The position numbers were made by a program, and so were the translations under genes. From an uncultured virus (IMG/VR IMGVR_UViG_3300032132_000750) (lineage: Duplodnaviria; Heunggongvirae; Uroviricota; Caudoviricetes): 64,000 bases of DNA. The first letter of the stretch is position 1. The number at the start of each line of letters is the position of its first letter. The notes under the pieces are model-generated. The model worked only from the letters and a program-made list of their open reading frames with translations. It was not told the origin of the DNA and ran no database searches. Shown here one piece after another: positions 51,002 to 61,479 of this stretch. Location of the stretch: IMG/VR virus record IMGVR_UViG_3300032132_000750; one strand, 5' to 3'.

Positions 51002-51919
51002 ATGACGCTATCAGTTAGTTATGACGCGGCTTTTCACTATGGGACCTACGAGGACGGGTCCTTGCAGCTTCCTGTTAAAACTAAAGATGGCAAGGTTGTT
51101 GAGGCTAGCTTCTTTACGGGTAGAGATAAGAAAAAAGACATCTATGTAGTTTCTACTCAAGCAGGATGCCCCTTGCGATGTCAATTTTGTGAATTGGGAG
51201 AAGAGGCTTTTAGTAGAAATCTCACAAAAGAAGAGATTATAGATCAAACGTATCTTCTTAGCAAAAGAGTAGAAAAAGCGGAGCTTTTAGTATTAGATAA
51301 GCCTCGGAAGCTAACTTTTGCTAATACAGGAGAACCACTTCTTAATCCTGATCTTCCGGTGGCTTTATGGGGAATCGAACTGCAACAACTTTCTGCGGGA
51401 TGGGATAGGCTACCCCGATTTGATTCATACAAGATATCTACAGTGCTTCCTAGAGGTAAGCAAGCAAAGAATAATCTCTCTGACTTAGCCCAAGTGGCGG
51501 GTGTTATAAAAACCAAACCGGTCCAGCTTCAAATCTCTCTCATCTCTCTTAGTGAAGAGGAACGTAATACGCTTACAAAAGGCTGTGGAGCCTCTTTTAA
51601 TGATATAGTCGAAGCCGCAGAACTTTGGCGCAAATACAATCCAGATAGAAAAGTTAATCTCAGTATATTGGGTTGCTCTTATCGCTTACAGGATCTTAAT
51701 CCTTTTTCTCCTGATCTTTTCAGACTTCGAATTCGTCCTTACATCCCCACTGTTAACGGAAAGCTCCACGACCTACGGGTCAGAAGGGCTAACATCTCCG
51801 GCCTCAAAGAGTTGGGTTATGAAATAACTAGAGACGGGCAACCAACCCCTATCGAACAGCGTTTTGGCCTCGCAGCTAATGTCACAAGACGCCGCTACCT
51901 CGAAATGGCTAGTCAATGA
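51002..51919 (+). CDS. Radical SAM protein related to RlmN/Cfr
   Basis: VSTQAGCPLRCQFC, RNLT..EIIDQ, TGEPLLN, LQISL. Confidence 0.75.
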   Translation: MTLSVSYDAAFHYGTYEDGSLQLPVKTKDGKVVEASFFTGRDKKKDIYVVSTQAGCPLRCQFCELGEEAFSRNLTKEEIIDQTYLLSKRVEKAELLVLDKPRKLTFANTGEPLLNPDLPVALWGIELQQLSAGWDRLPRFDSYKISTVLPRGKQAKNNLSDLAQVAGVIKTKPVQLQISLISLSEEERNTLTKGCGASFNDIVEAAELWRKYNPDRKVNLSILGCSYRLQDLNPFSPDLFRLRIRPYIPTVNGKLHDLRVRRANISGLKELGYEITRDGQPTPIEQRFGLAANVTRRRYLEMASQ

Positions 51920-52406
51920 ATGTTTTTGATTCTGAGCCTGAGAAACCCGAAAAACAGGCTCCCGAACCCAATTCTCGCCATCCAACTCCTGAGCAGCAAG
52001 CTCAGCGTGATGTTGATGGTTGTGCAGCTTGCAGCATAATCTTATTTGGGCTGCTAGTCTTTGTCTTAACTTTTAGTTATTTTTGGGATTTCATCAATGG
52101 AGTTACATGATGAGTGAGCGCAGTAAACGTCTTTCTGAGTCTTCGAGATTACTTCAAAGTCGTCTTCGCGAACTTGATAGGAGAAAACCTACCGAGACAC
52201 AACGTCCGATGCATGAAGTCGCTGTTCAAGCAGTTAAAGATGAACTAACTAATGTAGGTCGCCAATTGCGGCAAGAAATGGTATGATTAAGGGATGATGT
52301 TTAATCATACCCTGTCCTAGCAACCATGCCTCCAGTCTTGACTAGACTATTTCGCACCGTATGCTGGGACTTTCACAAAAAACGAAAGGATAAACGATGA
52401 GGAATC

Positions 52407-52625
52407 ATGGCTAAAGAAAAACCTATAACCCTAGAAGCGCAGGTCAAAGAAGCGCTACCCAACGCAACATTTAAAGTAGAACTTGAAAACGGACATATTG
52501 CGATATGTCGTGTCTCTGGAAAAATGAGAAAGTTCTTTATTCGCATCTTACCTGGTGACAAAGTCACGGTAGAGCTTTCCCCTTATGATCTAACTAAGGG
52601 TCGCATTACCTTCCGTGAGCGGTAA
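52407..52625 (+). CDS. infA: Translation initiation factor IF-1
   Basis: [48 protein letters not shown]. Confidence 0.97.
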   Translation: MAKEKPITLEAQVKEALPNATFKVELENGHIAICRVSGKMRKFFIRILPGDKVTVELSPYDLTKGRITFRER

Positions 52626-52651
52626 AGACAAGTATCTAGACTTGAATTACT

Positions 52652-53612
52652 ATGATCATTGAAGAAAAAATTTGCAGCTCTCTTCGCGAAGCCGTAGAAG
52701 AACTAGCAGCCGAGGATTTTGAAGAAGCCGTAAAGAGTATTGAATATGCTCAAAGACAAATCCAAGAGCCCCAACAGACGCTCTCCTTGGCTCTTAATCT
52801 AATCAAAGAAGCTATTGATATTAAGAATACTCCTCAAGAGGACAACCCTATTTTTCGAGATTTTGCTCCCCAAATAGCCTTGTCTAAACAATTGGTGGAA
52901 AGAACTTTACACTCTGGTTGGTGGAAGAGTTGGGCTTAAATGCAAATAGACTTTTCTGACCTGGTCAAACGCAAACCACTAACAAATGTTTGGTGGTCTA
53001 GATGGAATCTGCGAGACGCGATAAGTAGTCTACAGGATGAGGATTACGAAGGGGCCATTACAACCCTCGAATACATCAGAAACCAGCAACTAGACGATAA
53101 AAAACTCTCTTTGGCTGTTGATTTGATTGAAGAGGCCCTCAACCTAGAAGACTCCCTAAAAGACGGTTCTGGTTTCTCTAATCGGGTTGTGCGAGCCAGA
53201 CAGTTGATTGTGGAAATTCTAAACTCCACGTTTTCAACAGTAGGTTTGTAATGAAAATTGATTTTTCAAATATAGGTCCTACCCAAGAAACTAGACCTTG
53301 GATTGTAATAAATCCAGGAATTCCTCGACCTGAGTGGTGGTGTAAAGTTAATTACACGCTCAAAGTTATCTACTACAACAAAGGCCCAGAGGGAGTAGCC
53401 GAAGTTGATATACAAGACTACCTACTATGAAAATAGATTTTTTTGATACTAACGAAAAAAAGCCGGTCATCTTTGATGGCTGGCTTTATGAAAATGAACC
53501 ACCGCATTGGTGGAATAAGGTTACACCGACGTTTAGGGCTCTGTACAATGACTATGGCCCGATGGTCTTAGTAACGCATCAGTGGAAAAATTACTTAGCG
53601 CTTACCGAGTAA
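52652..53612 (+). other. Run of four small related ORFs (52652-52939, 52940-53251, 53251-53430, 53427-53612)
   Basis: First two share LR.A...L..ED.E.A...EY..LSLA..LI.EA; last three begin M(Q/K)IDF; last two share P.WW.KV..T....Y...GP. Confidence 0.6.
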
Positions 53613-53795
53613 GTAGCCTACGATTGCTCCCACAACCAAGCCACCAGCGCCAGCCATCATTCTTTGCTTTTTAAGCTCTGCAATTTGGGCTAATTCGGCG
53701 TTACAGGTAGCGGCATGTTGTATTTGCTTCGCTACTCCAGCGCCAATGTCACTTATAGTGGGTATGCTGAACCCCAGTGCTCCGAGTCTATTCAT
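53595..53795 (-). CDS. Small protein with C-terminal membrane anchor
   Basis: AGAGGLVVGAIVGYLLGKR; TAATAT 6 nt upstream of ATG. Confidence 0.6.
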   Translation of the reverse strand: MNRLGALGFSIPTISDIGAGVAKQIQHAATCNAELAQIAELKKQRMMAGAGGLVVGAIVGYLLGKR

Positions 53796-53837
53796 AAACT
53801 AATATTAACTTCTTTTTAAAGAAATGTCCACAAATTT

Positions 53838-54260
53838 ATGGATCAATACCTTCGTGTGCTAGAACGACAGGCGCAGGCGAGTAATAATTGGGAACGTTAC
53901 GCCCACGCCCTATCTCGCATAATAAATAGAGTGAATCCTGACAATACTGCATTGTGGGTTGTTACGATATTACACGGTAAAAATATTCTAACAACACTTT
54001 TTGGGACAGAGATAGAAGCAAAGGTTTATATCCTCAGTAGAGTCTATGAAAAAGCAATATCTTTTTCAATCCCAGAAGATTTAGATGAAGAAAGACTTGA
54101 AACATATCAGAACTTTACAAAATTAATAGAGGCTAATGAATATGATGATGCCTGGGAACTTTATAATGATGAATTCTCAGGATACTTAGATTTTCTTGCT
54201 GAACATATTGCAGAATCATATACGGTTGAGCAGCATGAAATACAGTTAAGTTATGGCTAG
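53838..54260 (+). CDS. Hypothetical protein, N-terminal DxxLRxLER module
   Basis: MDQYLRVLER. Confidence 0.65.
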   Translation: MDQYLRVLERQAQASNNWERYAHALSRIINRVNPDNTALWVVTILHGKNILTTLFGTEIEAKVYILSRVYEKAISFSIPEDLDEERLETYQNFTKLIEANEYDDAWELYNDEFSGYLDFLAEHIAESYTVEQHEIQLSYG

Positions 54261-54275
54261 GCTTTCCATATCAAA

Positions 54276-54971
54276 CTAGGTGCAAGTGCAGTCGTCATTT
54301 TCTTGACCGCAGCCTTCAAAGGGCTCTGTTCCACCGCAATAATCTTCAAGCTCTTCTTGCACAGCGTCCTCTAGATCAAGACCAGCCTGATTTAAGCATC
54401 CCTCGCACATTGCTTGACCTTCATCACCGCGTCCTGTTTGTGCGGTAGTAATAGCAGATGATGCATCAGTTAATATTGCCCACTCTTCGTTTTGGGTATC
54501 TTCAGAAAAAGTATTGCCGCAAGCAGCGCATTCATATAGACCACTTTCATCGTCATCTTCGTCGTCATCTTCATCTTCTTCGTCTGGTTCTGCCGAATTA
54601 TCTAGGATGTGATCTAAAGCTGCTTGATGGGTATCCTGCTCTTCGTGAAAGTCTTCAATACCTTGCATAGTATCCTCGCAACAAGGACAACCAGGAGTTA
54701 AAGAACAGGTTCCGTGATCCTCAACCCGACATTCGGGACAACGACTGTCTGAGACGCCGTCATTACAGCTACGACATAAAGCCTCTTGCCATTCAGTAGG
54801 TAGAAGTTCAAAGGCTTCTGGGTATTGAACTAAAAAAGCAACGCTTAGTGCTGCGCTTCTGACATAGGCGCTTACTAATCTAGCAAAAACAGTTGTGTTG
54901 CCTGCGTAGAATTCTCGTTCTAGAATTCTGAGATCATCATCGGAGTTTCTTCGATATCTTCGATTATTCAT
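54276..54971 (-). CDS. Acidic Cys-rich protein with RRN + DxxLRxLER module
   Basis: Start at 54971 (MNNRRYRRNSDDDLRILER) overlaps the upstream stop. Confidence 0.65.
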   Translation of the reverse strand: MNNRRYRRNSDDDLRILEREFYAGNTTVFARLVSAYVRSAALSVAFLVQYPEAFELLPTEWQEALCRSCNDGVSDSRCPECRVEDHGTCSLTPGCPCCEDTMQGIEDFHEEQDTHQAALDHILDNSAEPDEEDEDDDEDDDESGLYECAACGNTFSEDTQNEEWAILTDASSAITTAQTGRGDEGQAMCEGCLNQAGLDLEDAVQEELEDYCGGTEPFEGCGQENDDCTCT

Positions 54972-55752
54972 AGCAATCATCCTCGTGTTCGCGGAAACAA
55001 TCGTCGTGGCATTGTCTACAGAACCATTTTTCGCACTCATCGCATTTTCTCATGAATTCGTCATCGGCATTACAGTCGCCCTCACATAATATGTGCTTGT
55101 GCTCGCAACCGAAACAAACTCTAGCACATTCTTCACATCTCAACTCCTCACAGTTATTACATCTGAGACCGCAGTTACTACAGATTGGGGTAGCGCAATC
55201 ACATTCTGTTATTGTTTCTTTGTCTACAACTGCTTCGCACTCATCGCATATATCACGGCCTGTTCGATCAAGAGCATTACGGTAAGCACCCCACGCTTCG
55301 TCAGACCTAGTCGAAATCCACTCACGCTCAAGAGCACGTAGTTTATCGTCGGCATTACGACGGTAAGGGCCGGGATTCAGCTCATATTGCTTTCGTAAGT
55401 CTTCTAGTTCATCGAAATTATCAACTCCAGATGATTCTAGAGCGTCCAATAGAATATTAAAGGGAGTCTTTCCTGTAGTGAGTTGCTGTTTTCCACCTAT
55501 TAACCAATCTTTAACACCATTACGTGCTCCCGTATAGGCTGCGAAGTGGATTTCTTTTAATCCTCGAAGCGTTATACGCTCTCCAGCATTTTGTAAGATT
55601 TGAAGGGCGAGATCTCTACCTACATCTTGCAACTCAATTACAGGTATGTGGAAGGCATAACTCAGAAATTCTCGCACCATAGCTATTGGAAATGTTTTTC
55701 CAAGAGTAAGAATATCGGCTGTCATTACTTCGCGAGTTAATCTTTGTGGCAT
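54964..55752 (-). CDS. Protein with internal RRN + DxxLRxLER module and poly-CxxC C-terminus
   Basis: YRRNADDKLRALER followed by many CxxC. Confidence 0.65.
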   Translation of the reverse strand: MPQRLTREVMTADILTLGKTFPIAMVREFLSYAFHIPVIELQDVGRDLALQILQNAGERITLRGLKEIHFAAYTGARNGVKDWLIGGKQQLTTGKTPFNILLDALESSGVDNFDELEDLRKQYELNPGPYRRNADDKLRALEREWISTRSDEAWGAYRNALDRTGRDICDECEAVVDKETITECDCATPICSNCGLRCNNCEELRCEECARVCFGCEHKHILCEGDCNADDEFMRKCDECEKWFCRQCHDDCFREHEDDCYE

Positions 55753-55761
55753 AAGGATATT

Positions 55762-56718
55762 TTACCAATACCCTGGGTTTTCTTCAAAGCCTTCTTGCTC
55801 AAGAGAATCCTGATGGGCCTCTAATGCATCTAAGGCTTCAGGCAAGTTAAACACACTAGCTACGCTATAGGGGCTCTGAAAAATAGTTTCTTGAGGCATT
55901 CTTGTTGGACTTGCAGCTTCGATAATATCATCGTTTCTGATACGGACGTCTCTATCACCGCTTTGTGGTGGGTAAACCACTAGAGGCGCAGATCTTACTG
56001 GATTATTGGGAAATTGGGCTATTGTTAGCCTAAACTGAGAACACAACGCATTAGCTGGATCTCCAGGTAAGATTCTTAATCTATACCAGCCATTACGAGG
56101 ACTAAGCCCACCACCACTGAGTCGTCCGCTTCGATAAAACCAGAACCCCCAACATGGATCATCGTAATCATCTACAATCGATTCATGGTCAGGCCCGCAA
56201 TAAATTTCGGGATAAAACTCCTCAATAGGTCTTTCTGGAAAAGTGTGTAGGATACTGTGTCGTGTTGCTGGATCTTGTTCCCAACCGATCAACTGAGCAT
56301 ATTCGTCGAATGACCACCTACGTCCTCTGATGTTATTTGAGGGGGTAGGTCTTCGAAAATGTCTTATTACTAAAAACCGATAGCCAGCATTGAAGGCTAA
56401 TTCAATGAAGGGATGAACGGCTACATCTTCATTAAGCTCTAATATGATAGATTCAGTAAGCTCTAATATGATAGATTCAGGTTCGTGGCCTAAAGAAAAA
56501 GTGGTTGCACCATAAGCATTAGGCCAAGAGTCAAAATCAACATCGCGATGTTGTCTGGCGTCTATCACTGCCACGTCTGCGTCGCGTAAAGGATCTGGAG
56601 TAAGGGTTTCTGCTCCACCAACAACTCTTTGTAAAGCATTTATGTATGCTTGCACTGAGGAAGGTATCTCAACATTTGTGATTAATCGCTCTAATCTTCG
56701 TAACTCACGATCTGACAT
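55762..56718 (-). CDS. Hypothetical protein, N-terminal DxxLRxLER module
   Basis: MSDRELRRLER; TG-A-TATACT 6 nt upstream. Confidence 0.65.
   Translation of the reverse strand: MSDRELRRLERLITNVEIPSSVQAYINALQRVVGGAETLTPDPLRDADVAVIDARQHRDVDFDSWPNAYGATTFSLGHEPESIILELTESIILELNEDVAVHPFIELAFNAGYRFLVIRHFRRPTPSNNIRGRRWSFDEYAQLIGWEQDPATRHSILHTFPERPIEEFYPEIYCGPDHESIVDDYDDPCWGFWFYRSGRLSGGGLSPRNGWYRLRILPGDPANALCSQFRLTIAQFPNNPVRSAPLVVYPPQSGDRDVRIRNDDIIEAASPTRMPQETIFQSPYSVASVFNLPEALDALEAHQDSLEQEGFEENPGYW
56433..56480. repeat. Perfect 24-bp tandem duplication within CDS
   Basis: TAAGCTCTAATATGATAGATTCAG x2 (ESIILEL twice). Confidence 0.85.
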
Positions 56719-56747
56719 AAACTAAGTATATCATTTTACACCGGGCC

Positions 56748-56775
56748 TTGACTCATCTACTTAGATCTGTATAAT
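56748..56775 (+). promoter_or_regulatory. Sigma70-type promoter for ncRNA at 56785
   Basis: TTGACT-16 nt-TATAAT. Confidence 0.7.
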
Positions 56776-56784
56776 CGAGGGCAT

Positions 56785-57048
56785 AAGAGCGCCGAGCGCT
56801 AGAACTAAAACGGAGAACACAGAATCCGGCCTGAATTTCAAACCCCTGATGTTGGACGACATAGCTTCTTCGGAAGCAACTAACAAAGTAAGCCACCGCT
56901 TACATTCTGAGTTCATCGCTACGTTTTATACTAGCTTTGACGATGCATGTTGCGGGGACAAAGTTCAAATCAGTTCCGAAGACATCGGGTAGGGGCGAGG
57001 CTCCCAGATTCTGTGAGATACGTTCTACGTTCTACGTTCGGCGCTCTT
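56785..57048 (+). ncRNA. ~264-nt RNA closed by a heptad-repeat stem (family member 3)
   Basis: AAGAGCGCCGAGCGCTAGAAC pairs with GTTCTACGTTCGGCGCTCTT, followed by a T-run; own promoter. Confidence 0.65.
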
Positions 57049-57383
57049 TTTCTAATTAGAAAGATACTGATGCTTGGTTGTTATGGTGGTGGTGCTTAGG
57101 TGTGGTTAGCGGTTTTTGGTTTTAGTCTTCTATTACTTATTCAATTCTGGGCTCTTAAAACCTTCTATACGAGAGAAGCGGAGCTAGAGGCTGGCTATAG
57201 TCCTCGCTATTCTCAAGAACTGAGAGACGTTACTAGTGAGTTTTTAGAGATTCTCAGAAAGGCCGAATCAATAGATGATCCCGCTATAAATAAGTTTGTA
57301 GAGGAGAACGAACACAGACATGTTCTTTTTGGGAACGTTGCAGTAGGTTTAGCGCGGCTTAAATTTGATGAAGAATTTAATAA

Positions 57384-57917
57384 ATGATTCATCCTTGGGC
57401 TAAATACATAGAGTTAAAGAGCTTTCTAGTAAGAAGTATCCCCACCCCTGCGTGGGCGCACATGCCCACCAATGATGAGATTATACTTGCTAGCCGAGAT
57501 AGTTCAGAAGTAGCCAAATCGAACTTGGATCTTCTAAAACAAGAAACTGAAGACGCCCATAAACTTTTTCTTGAGAAACGCGATGCCTATGTCAAAATGC
57601 ATAGTTTATACAATGTTTCGGCAAAAATAGATGAAATCTATAAAGGTTCTGCCATCGGAGTTTGTTGGCGTAACCGAACAACAGGCTCAGAATCTATCGA
57701 CATAAAGCCTATCTGTTTTGCCAAAACAAACCCGCGATACGCTAAAATTTACAGAAACCAACATAATAAAGTGACCTGGGGGCTGCAGCTATCTAAATTA
57801 AGAGATGGGCCTGGATCCAATGATAAATTTATGGGCTACAGTTATAAAACGTATGAAGAATGTAAAGCAATAGCCTTGAATTGGGTTGCTTGTGGATCGA
57901 TGAAGAGTGAATCATGA
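57384..57917 (+). CDS. Hypothetical protein
   Basis: 177-aa ORF. Confidence 0.55.
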   Translation: MIHPWAKYIELKSFLVRSIPTPAWAHMPTNDEIILASRDSSEVAKSNLDLLKQETEDAHKLFLEKRDAYVKMHSLYNVSAKIDEIYKGSAIGVCWRNRTTGSESIDIKPICFAKTNPRYAKIYRNQHNKVTWGLQLSKLRDGPGSNDKFMGYSYKTYEECKAIALNWVACGSMKSES

Positions 57918-58038
57918 AGTTTCTGCTTATTCTTTTGGCTTTGCTTGTTGGTTGCGGAGAGCAAGACCCGGATACAAGACGTGTTGTTGATCCACCTAAG
58001 CACTCAAAAACAGGTAAATAATTTTGTATACTTAGTGT

Positions 58039-58473
58039 ATGCAATTTTCTGAAGTAATCGCTAAAATTCAGGCCAAGCCTTCTGTTCAACTTCCTGAAAA
58101 ACCCGTAGAATCAGATGTTAAAGCCGGACTGGCTGATCTAATCCTAATTTCAGGACTCTTGATGTTATACGGAAGACTTGCAGTACCTCAGTTCTTTCCA
58201 AAGCACATTGACAAGTATTTGGCAACACCTGCTATTTTTAGTATGGTTGTTATTGCCCAGGGATTATTAGGTGGTCTGGGATTGCCCCTTCTCCCTCAAC
58301 GGCTTAAAAACCTCCAAAAAAACCCGCTTGCTCGTTTTACTTTTATCAGCGCAATAGCCTACACAGCGACTTCGGATCTAGAGCTTGCTCTGGTTTCCAC
58401 GGCGGTATTTGCTTGTATGATGCACATCCTCAGAACCCCCGAAGAACGAAAAGCTGTCCCCTATCTCGTTTAG
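58039..58473 (+). CDS. Hypothetical multi-pass membrane protein
   Basis: Several hydrophobic segments; TATACT 6 nt upstream of ATG. Confidence 0.6.
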   Translation: MQFSEVIAKIQAKPSVQLPEKPVESDVKAGLADLILISGLLMLYGRLAVPQFFPKHIDKYLATPAIFSMVVIAQGLLGGLGLPLLPQRLKNLQKNPLARFTFISAIAYTATSDLELALVSTAVFACMMHILRTPEERKAVPYLV

Positions 58474-58555
58474 CAAAACCTTCACTGTTGCCTAGAAAGC
58501 AGGCTGTGCTAGTATGTCAGTGTGATGATTTACAATCCTACTTAGGAGTTTACAT

Positions 58556-59674
58556 ATGAAACTAGCAGATGTCGTTACACTAACAAAACAGCCCAGATGG
58601 ACTAAAAAACAAACCGCAGAGAGTGAGAGCGTTCAAACCGCATTAAGTGTCAGAAATAGATACGATAGTGCAGACACTCTTTTTGAGTTTGCGAATCGCG
58701 ATGAAAAGTCTTCTTTGAAAAGTCTTCAGAAGAAGCTAAGCACCAGATTCAACGTTCTACGTTCTGATATTTTACTTAAAGAACACTCATTACCGAAAGT
58801 TCTTTGGAATGAGGAAGCAAAAGACACCTTAACAAAGGCAGCTAAAGCTCCTCGCATTAATCTTTCAGAGGCTCGCGAGATAGCGGACAAACTAGGTTTT
58901 GTCATTGTTCCTTATGAGTACTTGGATAGTCGTTCATACCAAGATGAAAGCCCAGAACTGGTAAGTGCTATCAAAGCTTTTAATAAAAAGCTCTCAGACC
59001 TGTATAGTATATATGTTCTGGCTCCGGTCCATCACTACAGCGTTGAAAATCACGTACGCGCAGTAAGTGATCTTAAAATCTACCCAGGCAAGCCCTGTGA
59101 GCAAGCTTTCTTGGCCATCGATATGGCGGTTCCGGTTTTCAGGACTATCTTCCTGAATCTAGATCAACTGCGAGAGCAGGCAGAAGAAACCGCAGAGCGA
59201 GTAAATAGCAACACTGCTGCTATCAATACTAGCAGACGAGAAATCAAAAACCTTGCTCGCAGAGTTGATACACTGCAAAAACAAGTTGAGCGTCAACGAG
59301 AAGAAGCCGTAATTGAGGCTACCAAGCAGGAAAATCTCCGCAATCAATTAAATGAATTGCGAGCGCAGAATCGTTTTTGGGCTTACGAGCCTATGATGCT
59401 TGCTATCCCAAAGGAGTCCTCCATTGAGGATGACGTTCCTGCTATTGTCGGTCCTTGTTGGGGTCCAGACTTTGAGGACATTGTAGTAACTGCTTTGGGC
59501 ATGAAAAACATTGAAGGCCAGGGTGAGATGCTTGATAAAGCCGCTCTTCAATGGGTTGGTATGGGAGCTGAGGTTAAATCTTCGGGCAGTTTTGTTCCTT
59601 CCTTAGTTGAATTCAGTGATTATGAGGATTTGCCTACCAGCAAATCCAACGGTTACGGCGTCCTCCGAGGCTAA
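58556..59674 (+). CDS. Hypothetical protein with central coiled coil
   Basis: 372 aa, SD AGGAG; upstream TTGCCT..TG-C-TAGTAT. Confidence 0.65.
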   Translation: MKLADVVTLTKQPRWTKKQTAESESVQTALSVRNRYDSADTLFEFANRDEKSSLKSLQKKLSTRFNVLRSDILLKEHSLPKVLWNEEAKDTLTKAAKAPRINLSEAREIADKLGFVIVPYEYLDSRSYQDESPELVSAIKAFNKKLSDLYSIYVLAPVHHYSVENHVRAVSDLKIYPGKPCEQAFLAIDMAVPVFRTIFLNLDQLREQAEETAERVNSNTAAINTSRREIKNLARRVDTLQKQVERQREEAVIEATKQENLRNQLNELRAQNRFWAYEPMMLAIPKESSIEDDVPAIVGPCWGPDFEDIVVTALGMKNIEGQGEMLDKAALQWVGMGAEVKSSGSFVPSLVEFSDYEDLPTSKSNGYGVLRG

Positions 59675-59947
59675 AGAGCAAGGCAATAAAGCTGCTGCTT
59701 AGAAATAGGTAGCAGCTTTGTTGCAAAATGAGGAAATAATGAGAGCTTTTACAATTTGGTTTAGCTATCTTTTGGGTCTCCCCTTTTTATTGATAACATG
59801 CATTTGCATTGTTTTTACATACGTCTTTTACTATCCGTCATCGTTTTTGAGAAATTTTAGTGATGAACTAAGTCAAAACGAATATACCTCTTATAAAAAT
59901 GCGGCTAAACGGGCCTTCAGTGAAATGGGAAAAAAGGATCTATTCTA

Positions 59948-60334
59948 ATGTGGCCATTCTCTAAAAAGACGAAAGACGTAGAAGTTACAACGGAAGACTC
60001 GATACATCCCCTTATTTCTTTAATTCTTGATCTTGTTAGCTCAGGCGAAGATCCGTGGTCCTTCCATACAAATGGGTCTGGCTCGGATGATCCGAGTTGG
60101 TTCTTTTTGACAAGAACTGCATCCGATAAGCTGTATCTTAGTGATTGTGGTGCCCTATTTCTATCACTTAAAATCAAAGATACGTGGATAAGTAATAAAA
60201 TAAATCTCACTCGTGCTGAAAAGCGACTGACATCAAAAGCTTATGATGACATTCTAAGAAATCGAGCTTCAAAAATCTTAGAGTATCGCTCTCCAGAGAT
60301 TAAAGTCGATGAATCTGATACTGTGCATGACTAA
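59948..60334 (+). CDS. Hypothetical protein
   Basis: 128-aa ORF. Confidence 0.5.
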   Translation: MWPFSKKTKDVEVTTEDSIHPLISLILDLVSSGEDPWSFHTNGSGSDDPSWFFLTRTASDKLYLSDCGALFLSLKIKDTWISNKINLTRAEKRLTSKAYDDILRNRASKILEYRSPEIKVDESDTVHD

Positions 60335-60607
60335 GTTAAATATACAGGTCTTCGATTCATACGTCACTTTTGAGGTTGCCAAAGGCACACGAACTTGCAG
60401 GCGTGCTCGCGGAGCAACCCTCTGTGATCGAAAAATTAATCCGAAAGAAACGCATTTAGCGGTCTACAAAGGTGATCCCCCTATGCGGGATAACTATTGT
60501 CTCAATTGTGCAAGTCTCTACTTGATAGAAACTCGTGAAAAATTAGGTGATGCGCTTACTGCTATCGATGATGTCCAAAACCAGCTAGAAGCAGAAGTTC
60601 AAAACAT

Positions 60608-60967
60608 ATGTCAAGATACGTAAGTACCGCAGCCCGGCGCAGTAAAGCAGACTGCCCTATGTGTGAACAAGAAATTACATCTAAAACTACTCTGTGGGGT
60701 ATGCTCACAAAATATTTCTTTCTCTGTAAAAACTGTGATTTGGGTTTTTCTTATGGGTATAGAGATAGTGTTAATGATGATATTAGGGTATTGATTATAC
60801 AATCAATCTGCCCCGTGTGTCATGAAGATCATGAACCCGAGGTTGTCGGAAAACCCTGCACAGATCATATTCCATGCCCAAAATGTTGGGATGAAGCTAA
60901 GGAGAGGGAGACAAAACAACTTCCCCTACTTCTTAGTGATTTTAAACTTCCAAATTTAATTCTATGA
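60608..60967 (+). CDS. Zn-ribbon protein (paralog of 60976)
   Basis: CPMC..WG..CKNC..CPVC...H.P..PCPKCW. Confidence 0.6.
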   Translation: MSRYVSTAARRSKADCPMCEQEITSKTTLWGMLTKYFFLCKNCDLGFSYGYRDSVNDDIRVLIIQSICPVCHEDHEPEVVGKPCTDHIPCPKCWDEAKERETKQLPLLLSDFKLPNLIL

Positions 60968-60975
60968 GAAAATAA

Positions 60976-61467
60976 ATGTCCTTCCTAGATAGAGTTAAGC
61001 ACTATATTCCTGGCCCCATAAGAAATGCGTTCGTAGCACCCTACGAACGTAGAAAAACATCACTATGTCCGCAATGTGACTATGAATGTGATATGGAGAG
61101 TCAAACTTGGGGGGATATGCCGCAGTATATTTACGAGTGTAATCGCTGCACCCTCTGCTTTAGAAAAACGTTCATTACTCCCAGTAATGACAAACAGCAC
61201 ATGCTGCAAATTCTTGCAACTTGTCCTGAGTGTAAGAAAAATCACGCACCACAAATTTATGGTCCCGTAAACTCGGATAAGGTACCCTGCGAGCCTTGTT
61301 GGCTAAAAACCAATAAACCGTTTGATCCAGATGAAACACAGATTATTCTACTACCTGGGTGTGTTCTTTATCCTGATGAAAATGAAGAACCGGTAAAGCT
61401 ACTTTTACCTGGCGATGATGAAGAAGATACTTCGGAGATACTCCTACCCGCCATTTATAGAAAATGA
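60976..61467 (+). CDS. Zn-ribbon protein (paralog of 60608)
   Basis: CPQC..WG..CNRC..CPEC...H.P..PCEPCW. Confidence 0.6.
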   Translation: MSFLDRVKHYIPGPIRNAFVAPYERRKTSLCPQCDYECDMESQTWGDMPQYIYECNRCTLCFRKTFITPSNDKQHMLQILATCPECKKNHAPQIYGPVNSDKVPCEPCWLKTNKPFDPDETQIILLPGCVLYPDENEEPVKLLLPGDDEEDTSEILLPAIYRK

Positions 61468-61479
61468 TCAGACTGGTTT

